A stretch of DNA of 64,000 bases from Candidatus Pelethousia sp. (GTDB lineage: Bacteria > Bacillota > Clostridia > Christensenellales > CAG-138): positions 9,684 through 73,683 of the forward strand of contig JAYFNX010000004.1 in assembly GCA_034933245.1 (NCBI GenBank), given 5' to 3'. Made by a program: the position numbers and the translations under genes. Below, piece by piece: positions 48,304-58,349 of this stretch (its first letter is position 1; each line of letters begins with the position of its first letter). The notes below the pieces were generated by a model, which had not been told where the DNA came from, did no database searches, and was given only the letters and a program-made list of their open reading frames with translations.

Positions 48304-49607
48304 GCACCTTGACTGTTGTGGGCGTTACCATCCTGCTTCTTATCGTACTGCTGATGTTGAGCATTCCTCTGCCGTATTGCTTCGGGGGCGCACTGGCATT
48401 CATGGCTGTTTTCGGAGATGTCACGATGAAGAGCATGATGCTCTGGTCGTTTTCGCAGTGCACAGGTACCGTCCTTCTTGCAAGCCCCATGTTCATTCTT
48501 GCGGGAACCTATATGGGCGGCAGCGGCATTGCCAAACGGCTGCTGGATCTAGCGGACGCCTTCGTTGGCCGCATCAAGGGCGGTCTTGGCGTGGTGGGCG
48601 TTGTTACCTGCGCTGTCATCGGGGCAATCAGCGGTTCCGGCTTTACCGGCGTCGCGGCCACTGGCCCGATCATGATTCCCCGTATGGAGGAGCAGGGGTA
48701 TCCCCGTGGGTTCGCTACTGCCCTGGTAACGGTTTCCTCCGTTTTGGGTTTGCTCATCCCGCCCAGCGCCATTATGGTGATATACGGCTGGGTAACCGAA
48801 ACGTCTATACTGGCTTGCTTCCTTTCCACGGTAATTCCCGGTTTGCTGGTCACCTTGCTCTTCTGCATCATCAACATAGTGGAGTGCAAGAAGTTCGATC
48901 TTACGGTTATGCCGAAGATGAAGTTTAAGCCAAAGATGAAAATGATTGCCGCCCGTTCGGGCGTTGCCGTTCCTGCTCTGCTGATGCCTGTCATAATCCT
49001 TGGCGGCATTTATGGCGGCGTTTTCACGCCTACCGAAGCTGCGGCGGTAGCGGCGGTATATTCCATCCCCGTAGGCCTCTGGATATACAGGTCCATGAAG
49101 CTCAAGGACGTTAAAAAGATGACATTTGATGCGGTGTGTTCCATTGGCGCCATCATGGTCATGATTTTTGTGTGCCTGATGCTTGCGCAGACACTGGTTA
49201 TGCTGCGGGTTCCGCAGGCAATTATTGACCTTATATTCGGCCTAACGACCAACAGAACCGTGATCCTCATTATCGTCAACCTGTTTCTGTTTATCGTGGG
49301 CATGATCGTCAACGATTCCACCGGTATGCTGATCTGCGCGCCGCTGCTGTTGCCCCTGATGACGCAGATAGGCGTATCCCCCATCCATTTTGCAGCCATC
49401 ATGGGCGTGAACTTGGCAATGGGCGGCGTAACGCCTCCTTACGCGAGTATACTTTACCTCGGCATGCGTATTGGAAACTGTGAGTTTAAAGATATCTTTG
49501 GACCCACGGTGAAACTACTGATCTTCGGCTATGTTCCCGTTGTGTTCCTCACCGCGTTCATTCCCGAGATCTCCCTGTGGCTCCCTCGTATTTTCGGATA
49601 CTGCTAA
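48300..49607 (+). CDS. TRAP transporter large permease (DctM)
   Basis: PMFILAG, ISGSG, LIPPS, GGVFTPTEAAAVA and TPP motifs. Confidence 0.93.
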   Translation: MSTLTVVGVTILLLIVLLMLSIPLPYCFGGALAFMAVFGDVTMKSMMLWSFSQCTGTVLLASPMFILAGTYMGGSGIAKRLLDLADAFVGRIKGGLGVVGVVTCAVIGAISGSGFTGVAATGPIMIPRMEEQGYPRGFATALVTVSSVLGLLIPPSAIMVIYGWVTETSILACFLSTVIPGLLVTLLFCIINIVECKKFDLTVMPKMKFKPKMKMIAARSGVAVPALLMPVIILGGIYGGVFTPTEAAAVAAVYSIPVGLWIYRSMKLKDVKKMTFDAVCSIGAIMVMIFVCLMLAQTLVMLRVPQAIIDLIFGLTTNRTVILIIVNLFLFIVGMIVNDSTGMLICAPLLLPLMTQIGVSPIHFAAIMGVNLAMGGVTPPYASILYLGMRIGNCEFKDIFGPTVKLLIFGYVPVVFLTAFIPEISLWLPRIFGYC

Positions 49608-49686
49608 AGCGCATACGGCCATTCGCCGGCGGCCGGCGGCGGATGTTCTGTAAACAAAAATGATCTTGCAGAAAAGGAGAGCAACA

Positions 49687-50718
49687 ATGGCAAGAATTTT
49701 GACTTATGAAGAAGTAGTTAACCTTATTAACATGAGTGACGTTGTCAAGTCCGTAGAGGATACCTTCCGGGGCCTTGGCGACGGCACGGTGATTAACCCC
49801 ACAAAAGTAACACTCGATCTGGGCGAGGCAGCCGAGTGGCCCCCCTATGACGGATTTTTCAATGCAATGCCCGCTTATATCGGCTATCAGGATATAGCTG
49901 GAATCAAATGGGTCGGCGGCATTCTCGGCGATCGCAAGAAAGCCGGCCTGCCCTTTATTTGTGGCATGATACTGCTTGCGGATCCTAAACTCGGCGTATT
50001 TTATGCAGTAATGGACGGCGCCCATATTACAAATCTGCGCACCGGCGCCCAGACTGCCATTTCCCTTAAGTACATCTTCAAGAACAAAAAGTCCATCCGC
50101 ATCGGCCTTTATGGCGCCGGTATGCAGGGCCATACCCAGACCGAAGCGATCGCGGACGTATTTGACATCGAAGAACTCCGCGTATACGATGTATACCGCC
50201 CCGCAGCTGAGAAGTTTGCGCAGGACATGAAGGACATCGTCAAGGGAAGGATCATAATCTGCGATAATCCCGAAGATGCAACCGATGCAGACGCGCTGAT
50301 CACAGTAACGCAGGCCAAGGACGCCTTCCTTAAGGAAGAATGGATCAAGCCCGGGACAGTGGTATTCCCCATGGGCTCCTATAAGGAGATCACCGACGGC
50401 GTTATCCTGCAGTCTGATATGATTGTTGTAGACCATGTCGGCCAAGCACTCCATCGCGGCGCCCTGAAGGATTTAAATCACGAAGGCAAGATTACCGAAA
50501 GGAACATTACCACCACCATAGGCGAGCTGGTTAACGGCAGTGTTGATCTGGGGGATGTTTCCAGCAAGCGCATTCTTTGCATCCCCATCGGCACCGGCGC
50601 TATGGACGTTGCCGTTGCAGGTATCGTTTATAAGCGTGCCTGCGAGCGCCATATCGGCTTTGACTTTGACTTCAACGGCGAAAGCTTCAAAGAAGATATG
50701 CCCCGTAAGCTGCTGTAA
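49687..50718 (+). CDS. Ornithine cyclodeaminase / mu-crystallin family protein
   Basis: AMPAY, GIKWV, ITNLRTGA, GAGMQG Rossmann motif and GTGAMDVA. Confidence 0.9.
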   Translation: MARILTYEEVVNLINMSDVVKSVEDTFRGLGDGTVINPTKVTLDLGEAAEWPPYDGFFNAMPAYIGYQDIAGIKWVGGILGDRKKAGLPFICGMILLADPKLGVFYAVMDGAHITNLRTGAQTAISLKYIFKNKKSIRIGLYGAGMQGHTQTEAIADVFDIEELRVYDVYRPAAEKFAQDMKDIVKGRIIICDNPEDATDADALITVTQAKDAFLKEEWIKPGTVVFPMGSYKEITDGVILQSDMIVVDHVGQALHRGALKDLNHEGKITERNITTTIGELVNGSVDLGDVSSKRILCIPIGTGAMDVAVAGIVYKRACERHIGFDFDFNGESFKEDMPRKLL

Positions 50719-50772
50719 ATAACCCCGTAACCCCATTTACCCAAACGAAAGAACAGGAAAGGAAGAGAGAAA

Positions 50773-51843
50773 ATGACCAAGAAAATTATCGCGTTGATGA
50801 TGATTCTGGCGCTGGCTATGTCTTTTGTAGCCTGCACTGGCGCCACCGAAGCTACTGCAACCGAAGAAACCCCTGCAACTGAAGAAGCCGCGGCTGAAGC
50901 CCCCGCAGCTGCCGAGGAAACTGTTACGCTTTCCCTTGCGCACATTCGCCCCGAGGGTTCCTCCGCAGATATCGCCATCAAGGCGTTTGCGGCGGAAGCT
51001 ACTGAACTGAGCGGCGGCACGCTGCAGTTCGAAATCTATCCCGCTTCGCAGCTCGGCGAGTATACCGTGGTGCAGGAGCGCGTCATGATTGGCGATGTCG
51101 ATATGCAGATCGCGTCCATCGGGACCAACATCGATAAGTTATTTGGTATGTCCAATGCCGCTTACCTATGCAGCAACTGGGAAGAGGCAAAGGTCGTATT
51201 TTCCGAAGGCAGCCCGCTGATCGAAGCGTACAGGGCCAAGCTTGATGAGTATGGGCTTACCTATCTCTGCGGTTATCCGCTTTACTTCGGCGGCATTGCT
51301 TTGGCGGTTGATCCTGTGGATCCGACCAACCCAAACGCCAGCAACGGCATCAAGATTCGGGTGCCTTCCATGACCACCTTTGAAAAGTGCGCGGAGACCC
51401 TTGGCTATCTGGCTACGCCTCTCGCCTCTTCCGAGACCTTCACCGCGATCCAAACCGGCGTTGTTGACGGCGCAATCGGCATGGGCGCCGAGGGTTATTA
51501 TAGCAACATGGCGGATCTGATCAAGTATTATCTGCCCATCAACGATCACTTTGAACAGTGGTATATGTATATTAACAGCGAAAAGTTTAACGCCCTTTCT
51601 CAAAACCAGCAGGAAGCGCTGACCACCGCTGCCGCGAATCTTCAGGCCAAACGCTGGGAGACTGCGGAAGCCGAAACGGCCGAATATGAGCAGAAGTTTC
51701 GGGATGCCGGCACCGAAGTCGTCGAGTTTACCGATGAACAGCTTGCGGCATTCGCCGCGGCCGTCCGTGAGAAGGTATGGCCTCTGATCTCCGAAGAATA
51801 CGGCATCGAAATTTGGGAGCAGGCTACTGCCGCTATTCACTAA
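50773..51843 (+). CDS. TRAP substrate-binding lipoprotein (DctP)
   Basis: Lipobox FVAC, acidic linker, IYPASQLG, GIKIRV and AIQTGVVDG motifs. Confidence 0.92.
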   Translation: MTKKIIALMMILALAMSFVACTGATEATATEETPATEEAAAEAPAAAEETVTLSLAHIRPEGSSADIAIKAFAAEATELSGGTLQFEIYPASQLGEYTVVQERVMIGDVDMQIASIGTNIDKLFGMSNAAYLCSNWEEAKVVFSEGSPLIEAYRAKLDEYGLTYLCGYPLYFGGIALAVDPVDPTNPNASNGIKIRVPSMTTFEKCAETLGYLATPLASSETFTAIQTGVVDGAIGMGAEGYYSNMADLIKYYLPINDHFEQWYMYINSEKFNALSQNQQEALTTAAANLQAKRWETAEAETAEYEQKFRDAGTEVVEFTDEQLAAFAAAVREKVWPLISEEYGIEIWEQATAAIH

Positions 51844-51882
51844 TACCAAAACGTAACGATACCTTCCCTTTATCCGATTAAA

Positions 51883-51919
51883 TGCGCTTCCGGCATTCGT
51901 TCTGGATGCCGGAAGCGCA
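51883..51919 (+). other. Strong hairpin after dctP without U-tract (possible mRNA stabiliser)
   Basis: TGCGCTTCCGGCAT-N9-ATGCCGGAAGCGCA. Confidence 0.6.
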
Positions 51920-52026
51920 CGAGCTGATGTACCGAAAACCCAAGGATAGGCAAGGCTTTCAAGGAAAAGAGACAGGAGAATAAGAACGGAACCTGCTAAG
52001 ATGCAAAATAAAGAGAGGCAGCTCGT

Positions 52027-52932
52027 ATGACAGGACTTTCCAACCATATGCGGGGAGTCATAATGATTATTTGCGCAGCATGTAGCTTTTCTGTGATGAA
52101 TGTGTTTTCCAGATTAGCAGGAGACGGCGTATCCGCCATGCAAAAAACGTTTTTGCGCAATGCTGTGGCAATCCTTGTTATTTTGGCTATCCTGGCGAGG
52201 GAAAAAAAGCCTATTCGCATACGGAAAGGATGTTTGCCATACCATATTTTGCGTTCTTTGTTCGGAACTTTAGGCGCTATAGGGAATTTTTATGCAGTGG
52301 ATCATATGATCCTGTCGGACGCGACTGTTTTAGTGGAGCTTTCCCCTATTTTTATTATCATTTTTTCTGCACTGATTCTCAAGGAGAAAGCGACATGGAG
52401 ACAGTGGGGAATCATTCTATTGGCGTTTGTGGGGGCCGCACTCGTTATCAGACCGTCGGGAACGGGGCTTGTCTCAATAGCGGCGCTGGTTGCTTTGAGC
52501 GTAGCCGTATTTGCCGGCGTTGCATATACAATGCTGCGCTTTTTAGGGCTCCGCGGAGAGGATGGATCGATTATTATTCTGTTTTTCTCTGTGTTCTCCT
52601 GTGCTGCTTGCCTCCCTTTTGTGCTGATGGCGTATAAGCCGCTTACGGCGGCACAATTCTTTTTTATGTTGGCGGCATCCATCTTCGGCTGCTGCGGGCA
52701 GCTTTCCGTTACAGCCGCGTATAGATATGCGCCAGCCTCAGAAATATCCGTATTTAATTACTCGTCCGTTGCATTTTCCGCTTTGCTTGGCTGGACGATA
52801 TTCGGCCAAATAGCCGATTCACTCAGCTATTTCGGTTACTGCATCATACTGGCGGCGGTAATGTTGATGTTCCTTGTGAACAGGAAAAAGGCGCGTGAAG
52901 AGGCGCATGCGAGGGAAAATATACAGGTTTAA
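52027..52932 (+). CDS. DMT/EamA-family transporter
   Basis: About 10 TM in two EamA repeats; SPIF..ILKEK and AYRYAPAS motifs. Confidence 0.9.
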   Translation: MTGLSNHMRGVIMIICAACSFSVMNVFSRLAGDGVSAMQKTFLRNAVAILVILAILAREKKPIRIRKGCLPYHILRSLFGTLGAIGNFYAVDHMILSDATVLVELSPIFIIIFSALILKEKATWRQWGIILLAFVGAALVIRPSGTGLVSIAALVALSVAVFAGVAYTMLRFLGLRGEDGSIIILFFSVFSCAACLPFVLMAYKPLTAAQFFFMLAASIFGCCGQLSVTAAYRYAPASEISVFNYSSVAFSALLGWTIFGQIADSLSYFGYCIILAAVMLMFLVNRKKAREEAHARENIQV

Positions 52933-53053
52933 ACCAGCCGGATCTGCGATTCGGCATATATGTAGAAGGATTGGTGGTATAGGACCGGCAAGGACATGGG
53001 TAAAACGTTGACCTTGCTGGCGATTTACCAAGAATCCATAACTAGGAGGAAAT

Positions 53054-54352
53054 ATGGAAGAAAAATATGAAGAACTCTATGCAATATTAAAAAAAGAAGT
53101 TACACCGGCTTTAGGGTGCACAGGCCCTACGGCTATTGCCTATGTCGCGGCCGAAGCGGCAGCGGCGGTAGGGGGGAAACCGTTGAAAGTCACTCTCAAA
53201 GTTGACCGGCATATTGGCACAAAGAACTGTGATGTAGGCATTCCCAACACAAGGATCGTGGGCAACGAGATCGCCGCGGCATTGGGCGCGCTGGCCGGAG
53301 ATGCCGCCGCGGGCCTTAATGTCCTGCACCTGGTGACGGATGCGCAGGAGAAGGAAGCCGAACAGTTCGTGAAGGATGGCAAGGTCGTTGTGGAACCTGA
53401 CCTTACCACCGAGGTGTTGGGCTTGTTTATGGATTGTACCGTTGAGACGGATAAGGGCTACGGGCGAGCTGTTGTAGTAAAAACCCATACCAACCTCGTT
53501 TACCGCGAAGCCAACGGTAAGGTACAGGTGGATATACCCTATGACCGCTTGGCATCCATGAACGAAACGCACGACTCCATGGCTAATTACCGCATTGCCG
53601 ACTTTTATCGCTTTGCAACGGAAGCGCCGTTTGAGAAAATCGAGTTCTTGCGTGAAGCTGTAACCATGAATAAAGAGCTCGCAGAGACAATCTTCACAGG
53701 GGAAGCCCAGGGAGCCGGTTTTGCGCTTTCCATGATGAAGCGTGGCAAAGGCAACATGATCCGTAAGGCGGAAGCCCTAACTGCAGCAGGCTCCGAAGCA
53801 CGCATGGCCGGCCTGTCTAAGCCGGCTATGAGTTGTGCGACCAGCGGGAATGTAGGGATTACCGCTTCGTTGCCGCTGGTCAGCATGGCCGAGGATTTGG
53901 GCAGCAGCGAAGAACAACTCTTACGAGCGATAGCCATGAGCTATCTTATGACCATATGTGTAAAGAATCGGATTGGGCGCGTTAGCTCCATGTGCGCTTG
54001 TGTTACTGCCGCCTCGCAGGGGATCACTTCCGGCGCCTGCATGCTGCTTGGGGGATCCCTTGCGGAAATTGAGCGTGCTGTAAAAACTACAATGGTCAAT
54101 GTGTTTGGCGTTGTTTGTGACGGCGCACGCCTTGCTTGTGCAATGAAGCTTGCTTCAGCCGCGGGTATCGCCATTGAATGCGCACAAATTGCCATGGACG
54201 GATACGAAACGCCTGCCGGCCAGGGCGTGGTGGGAAAAACAGCGGATGATTCTTTGAATTTTATGGGCTATTTTGCCCAAGAGGGTATGCGGGATTCCGA
54301 TAGGGCCCTTTGCCGCGCACTCTACGAGAAACGCCGGAAACAATTGGAATAA
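53054..54352 (+). CDS. L-cysteine desulfidase / serine-dehydratase-like Fe-S enzyme (YhaM/CyuA family), divergent
   Basis: EVTPALGCTGP, SEARMAG, SGNVGIT, SSMCAC and GVVCDGA...CAMK motifs. Confidence 0.82.
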   Translation: MEEKYEELYAILKKEVTPALGCTGPTAIAYVAAEAAAAVGGKPLKVTLKVDRHIGTKNCDVGIPNTRIVGNEIAAALGALAGDAAAGLNVLHLVTDAQEKEAEQFVKDGKVVVEPDLTTEVLGLFMDCTVETDKGYGRAVVVKTHTNLVYREANGKVQVDIPYDRLASMNETHDSMANYRIADFYRFATEAPFEKIEFLREAVTMNKELAETIFTGEAQGAGFALSMMKRGKGNMIRKAEALTAAGSEARMAGLSKPAMSCATSGNVGITASLPLVSMAEDLGSSEEQLLRAIAMSYLMTICVKNRIGRVSSMCACVTAASQGITSGACMLLGGSLAEIERAVKTTMVNVFGVVCDGARLACAMKLASAAGIAIECAQIAMDGYETPAGQGVVGKTADDSLNFMGYFAQEGMRDSDRALCRALYEKRRKQLE

Positions 54353-54373
54353 ACTAACCTGTTGTCAATAGGG

Positions 54374-54406
54374 GCTGCCAGAATGATGATGGTCTGGCAG
54401 CTTTTT
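54374..54406 (+). terminator. Intrinsic terminator
   Basis: GCTGCCAGA-N10-TCTGGCAGC followed by TTTTT. Confidence 0.75.
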
Positions 54407-54523
54407 GTACTTTGTTATTTTAAGATAGGGTACCCTCACCAGGAATGGAGCAAACGACCATCACACCAGCGCTTAATATCCGAGCCGGGAGCAAAGAATA
54501 GGATCGCTTGTCGGGTTTTCATA

Positions 54524-54578
54524 TTGACAAAACTTGATGGGAAGGTTATACTCATAATATATCAAATAATTTTGATAT
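54524..54578 (+). promoter_or_regulatory. ars promoter and ArsR operator
   Basis: TTGACA-N17-TATACT followed by ATATCAAA-TAAT-TTTGATAT. Confidence 0.8.
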
Positions 54579-54589
54579 GAGGTGATGAT

Positions 54590-54901
54590 TTGAAAACCAT
54601 GTATGAAGAGAACGCGAGGGTTTTTAAGGCGCTTTGCGATGAAAAACGCTTGCGGATACTGGAATTGCTGCGGGGCGGTGAAAAGTGCGCCTGCGTTCTA
54701 CTGGAGCAATTGGAGTTGGGGCAATCGGGGCTTTCCTACCATATGAAGATTCTGGTTGAATCGGGCATTGTGGAGAGCTGGCAGGAAGGGAAATGGACGC
54801 ACTATAAAATCAGCGAAAAAGGCAGCGAATATGCCGGTTTTTTGCTTAAAAAGCTGACAACGCCAACGTCGGCGTTGGATGAAAACAATTGTTGCCGATG
54901 A
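54590..54901 (+). CDS. arsR: ArsR/SmtB repressor
   Basis: FKALCDEKRLRIL, EKCAC, LSYHMKIL and C-terminal CC. Confidence 0.9.
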   Translation: MKTMYEENARVFKALCDEKRLRILELLRGGEKCACVLLEQLELGQSGLSYHMKILVESGIVESWQEGKWTHYKISEKGSEYAGFLLKKLTTPTSALDENNCCR

Positions 54902-54994
54902 TAAAGGCCATCAAAAAGATGGCTTTTTATGGGCAAAAAGCATCAATATTTTCTGATGTGATTCTCTTTGTTAAAAGGTGAGGGCTTATACAGC

Positions 54995-56008
54995 ATGGAA
55001 ACAGCAAAAGCAATTTGGAATTTTTTTCAGGAACAAATACTAGCGATGCGGTGGCTGAACAGCGCCATCGGCAGCGGCTTGTCGGCTTTGGGGGTGGATT
55101 TGGGCAATCGCTGGATCGCGAGCCTTCAGTTTTTCTTATACGATGTCATAAAGATCTCGGCGCTGCTATGCCTTTTGATCTTTTTCATCAGCTATATTCA
55201 GAGCTACTTCCCGCCGGAACGCAGCAAACGAATACTGGGCCGTTTCCGCGGGATTGGAGCGAACGCGGTAGCTGCGTTGCTGGGCACTGTCACGCCATTT
55301 TGCTCCTGTTCGTCGATTCCGCTATTCATCGGCTTTACCTCGGCGGGCCTGCCGGTTGGGGTTACCTTTTCATTCCTGATCTCCTCCCCTATGGTGGATC
55401 TCGGCTCTCTGCTCCTGCTAATGAGCATATTCGGCGCGAAAGTAGCGGTGATATATGTTATTGTCGGTCTGATTATAGCCGTCATCGGGGGTTCGCTTAT
55501 CGAAAAAATGGGCATGGATCAATACGTGGAGAGCTTTATCCTGACAGCCGGCAGCGTGGATATAGAATCCCCTGTGCTGACAAAAAAAGACCGGTTGCTT
55601 TATGCAAAGGAACAGATGCTCGCAACTTTTAAAAAAGTCTTTCCTTACATCCTGATCGGCGTGGGTATAGGCGCCATTATCCATAACTGGATACCAGGGG
55701 AGTGGATTGCAACGGTCCTTGGCAGCCACAATCCCTTCGGCGTGGTCTTGGCTACGCTCATCGGCGTTCCCATGTATGCCGATATCTTCGGGACGATCCC
55801 GATTGCGGAAGCTTTGTTCTATAAAGGGGCGCAGCTCGGAACCGTGCTGTCCTTCATGATGGCTGTAACAACCCTGTCCCTCCCGTCGATGATTATGCTG
55901 CGCAAGGCGGTCAAACCCAAGCTGTTGGCTGTTTTCATCGCGATCTGCACGATGGGAATCATCATCGTGGGCTATGGATTCAACGCTCTTCAGGCGTTGA
56001 TCATATAG
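54995..56008 (+). CDS. ArsP/DUF318-family permease
   Basis: TPFCSCSSIP, FLISSP, GVPMY and LSLP motifs. Confidence 0.88.
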   Translation: METAKAIWNFFQEQILAMRWLNSAIGSGLSALGVDLGNRWIASLQFFLYDVIKISALLCLLIFFISYIQSYFPPERSKRILGRFRGIGANAVAALLGTVTPFCSCSSIPLFIGFTSAGLPVGVTFSFLISSPMVDLGSLLLLMSIFGAKVAVIYVIVGLIIAVIGGSLIEKMGMDQYVESFILTAGSVDIESPVLTKKDRLLYAKEQMLATFKKVFPYILIGVGIGAIIHNWIPGEWIATVLGSHNPFGVVLATLIGVPMYADIFGTIPIAEALFYKGAQLGTVLSFMMAVTTLSLPSMIMLRKAVKPKLLAVFIAICTMGIIIVGYGFNALQALII

Positions 56009-56020
56009 GGTAATAAAATT

Positions 56021-56749
56021 ATGATCATGACTTGGTATCCCGTTATCGATTACATGGCTTGTATAGAATGCGGTGCCTGCGTCGCGAAATGTTCTCATGG
56101 CGTATATGACGCAGGAAAGGATCCTTCTCCTGTTGTCCAGAATCCTCAGGGCTGTGTTCATCATTGCCACGGTTGCGGTGAGCAATGCCCGGTCGGAGCG
56201 ATTACCTATGTGGGCGAGGATACCGGCTGGAAGCCGCCGAGCGGAGTTCCCATAGCTAAAGAAGCCTGCTGCGCCTGCGGAGGAGAAGGATCCTCGGGCA
56301 ATAAGATTGTTGTTGCCTATTTCTACCTTGATTTGAAGATTTGTGACCGCTGCATTGGGACGGATAAGGTTCTTGACGAGGTAATGCTGGTGCTTACTCC
56401 CGCCCTGCAGCTAGCGGGTTTTGAAGTGACGTATAATAAAATTCAAATAAAATCGGCGGAGCTTGCCAAGCAGTATAAACTTTTAACATCGCCAACGATT
56501 CGCATAAACGGGAAGGATCTTTGCCAATCGGTGGTGGAGACTAGATGCGGTTGCTGCAGTGATATTAGCGGCGCCGATGTGGAATGCCGGGTATTTGCCT
56601 ATAACGGAGCAACCTATGAGGTGCCACCGAAAGAGATGCTTGCCAAAGCCATCCTGCAGGCCGTATTTGGAACGGCTGCGCCCATCTGTTCCTGTGGCAA
56701 TTATGAACTGCCGGAGAACCTGAAATGCTTTTTCGAGGGACTAAAATAA
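56021..56749 (+). CDS. 2x[4Fe-4S] ferredoxin fused to DUF2703-like thioredoxin-fold domain
   Basis: CIECGACVAKC and CVHHCHGCGEQCP, then YLDLKICDRC...SPTIRING...CGCC...CRVF. Confidence 0.8.
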   Translation: MIMTWYPVIDYMACIECGACVAKCSHGVYDAGKDPSPVVQNPQGCVHHCHGCGEQCPVGAITYVGEDTGWKPPSGVPIAKEACCACGGEGSSGNKIVVAYFYLDLKICDRCIGTDKVLDEVMLVLTPALQLAGFEVTYNKIQIKSAELAKQYKLLTSPTIRINGKDLCQSVVETRCGCCSDISGADVECRVFAYNGATYEVPPKEMLAKAILQAVFGTAAPICSCGNYELPENLKCFFEGLK

Positions 56750-56768
56750 TTTAAAGGAGAGATTGATT

Positions 56769-57119
56769 ATGGGACTGTTTGGTAATAGGAGCAATAAAAA
56801 GGAGCATACTGCATGCTGCTGCGGCGGCAACTGCGATGCGGAAAGCATGGCAAAGGCGGAAAACGCAAAAGCCGAGGGTGCAGGCGTTAAGGTGCTGGGA
56901 AGCGGCTGTGCGAAATGCAATCAGCTGGAAGCGGCAACAAAGGCGGCGCTGGAGCAACTGGGAATGGATACGACAATTGACCATGTAACGGATTTCTCCC
57001 AAATAGCTGCCTATGGCGTAATGACCACGCCCGCGCTCGTTGTGGACGGGAAAGTGGTTTCCTATGGCAAGGTGCTTAAAACGGAAGAGATTGTAAAAAT
57101 CATGCAAAAGGTAAGATGA
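56769..57119 (+). CDS. Small redox-active disulfide protein (thioredoxin-like)
   Basis: KVLGSGCAKC and YGVMTTPALVVDG motifs; Cys-rich N-terminus. Confidence 0.88.
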   Translation: MGLFGNRSNKKEHTACCCGGNCDAESMAKAENAKAEGAGVKVLGSGCAKCNQLEAATKAALEQLGMDTTIDHVTDFSQIAAYGVMTTPALVVDGKVVSYGKVLKTEEIVKIMQKVR

Positions 57120-57299
57120 TGGGATGCTCCGGAAAGAGCTTGGCTTCTTTCCGGATATTTCGTTGGAAGGTATGTTTATGCATGCTCATTATGCCCTTGC
57201 AGGGCCGGCTTGCGCATTCTACCAAGAAAAAAGATGGAATGGCGTTGAAAAAGCGTGGAGCTGATCTTAGAGCACAATTGATGACGAGGAGGCGAAGGT

Positions 57300-58349
57300 A
57301 TGGGGAAGACGAAAAATATAGGAATCGGATTTTTTGAAAGGTATCTGACCCTATGGGTCATCCTGTGCATGGCCGTTGGAGTGGCGATCGGAAAATTTCT
57401 GCCCATAATTCCTGCCCTTCTGGGGCGTTTGGAATATGCGAATGTTTCAATCCCCATCGCCATACTTATCTGGCTCATGATCTATCCGATGATGCTTAAG
57501 GTGGATTTTCAAAGCATCACAAATGTGGGGAAAAATCCAAAGGGCTTATTTGTCACGTGGATAACCAACTGGATCATAAAACCCTTTACCATGTTCGGGA
57601 TCGCCTGGCTGTTTTTCTTCGTTATCTTTAAGGCTCTCATTCCGCCTGCGCTTGCAAAAGACTATCTGGCCGGTGCAATCCTGCTGGGCGCCGCCCCTTG
57701 CACCGCGATGGTATTTGTTTGGAGCCATCTTACAAATGGTAACCCTGCCTATACGGTGGTACAGGTTGCAACAAACGACCTTATTATCCTTGTGGCATTC
57801 ACGCCCATTGTCGCGTTTTTGCTTGGCGTTGGCGGCGTATCGATTCCCTGGGACACGCTTATCCTTTCCGTGGTCCTCTTTGTTGTAATCCCGTTGGCGG
57901 GCGGCGTAATGACCCGAAATTATATTACGAAGAAACATGGAGCCGCATACTTTAAGAACCGCTTTATCCCCAAATTCGGGAATGTGACCGTGATCGGTCT
58001 GCTTCTGACATTAGTGATTATTTTCTCATTTCAGGGAAATGTAATCCTTGAAAACCCGCTGCACATTCTGCTGATCGCGATACCGCTGACGATGCAAACA
58101 TTTTTGATATTCTTTCTTGCATATCTTGCCGGCAAAGCGTTGAAACTGCCCCATAGCATTGCGGCACCTGCTGCAATGATCGGCGCTTCCAATTTTTTTG
58201 AGCTGGCGGTTGCCGTAGCCATCTCCCTCTTCGGCACGCAAAGCCCCGCCGCCCTCGCCACCATAGTCGGCGTCCTTACGGAAGTGCCCGTTATGCTGAT
58301 GCTCGTGAAAATTGCCAACAATACGAAAGGATGGTTTCCAAATGAATAA
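57300..58349 (+). CDS. acr3: ACR3-family arsenite efflux transporter
   Basis: FERYLTLWV, MIYPMM, NWIIKPF, APCTAMVFVW and SNFFELAVA motifs. Confidence 0.95.
   Translation: MGKTKNIGIGFFERYLTLWVILCMAVGVAIGKFLPIIPALLGRLEYANVSIPIAILIWLMIYPMMLKVDFQSITNVGKNPKGLFVTWITNWIIKPFTMFGIAWLFFFVIFKALIPPALAKDYLAGAILLGAAPCTAMVFVWSHLTNGNPAYTVVQVATNDLIILVAFTPIVAFLLGVGGVSIPWDTLILSVVLFVVIPLAGGVMTRNYITKKHGAAYFKNRFIPKFGNVTVIGLLLTLVIIFSFQGNVILENPLHILLIAIPLTMQTFLIFFLAYLAGKALKLPHSIAAPAAMIGASNFFELAVAVAISLFGTQSPAALATIVGVLTEVPVMLMLVKIANNTKGWFPNE

Noticed and set aside
57116..57337. 73-aa ORF between the thioredoxin-like gene and acr3
   Set aside because: No recognisable motif, and it overlaps the acr3 RBS and start.
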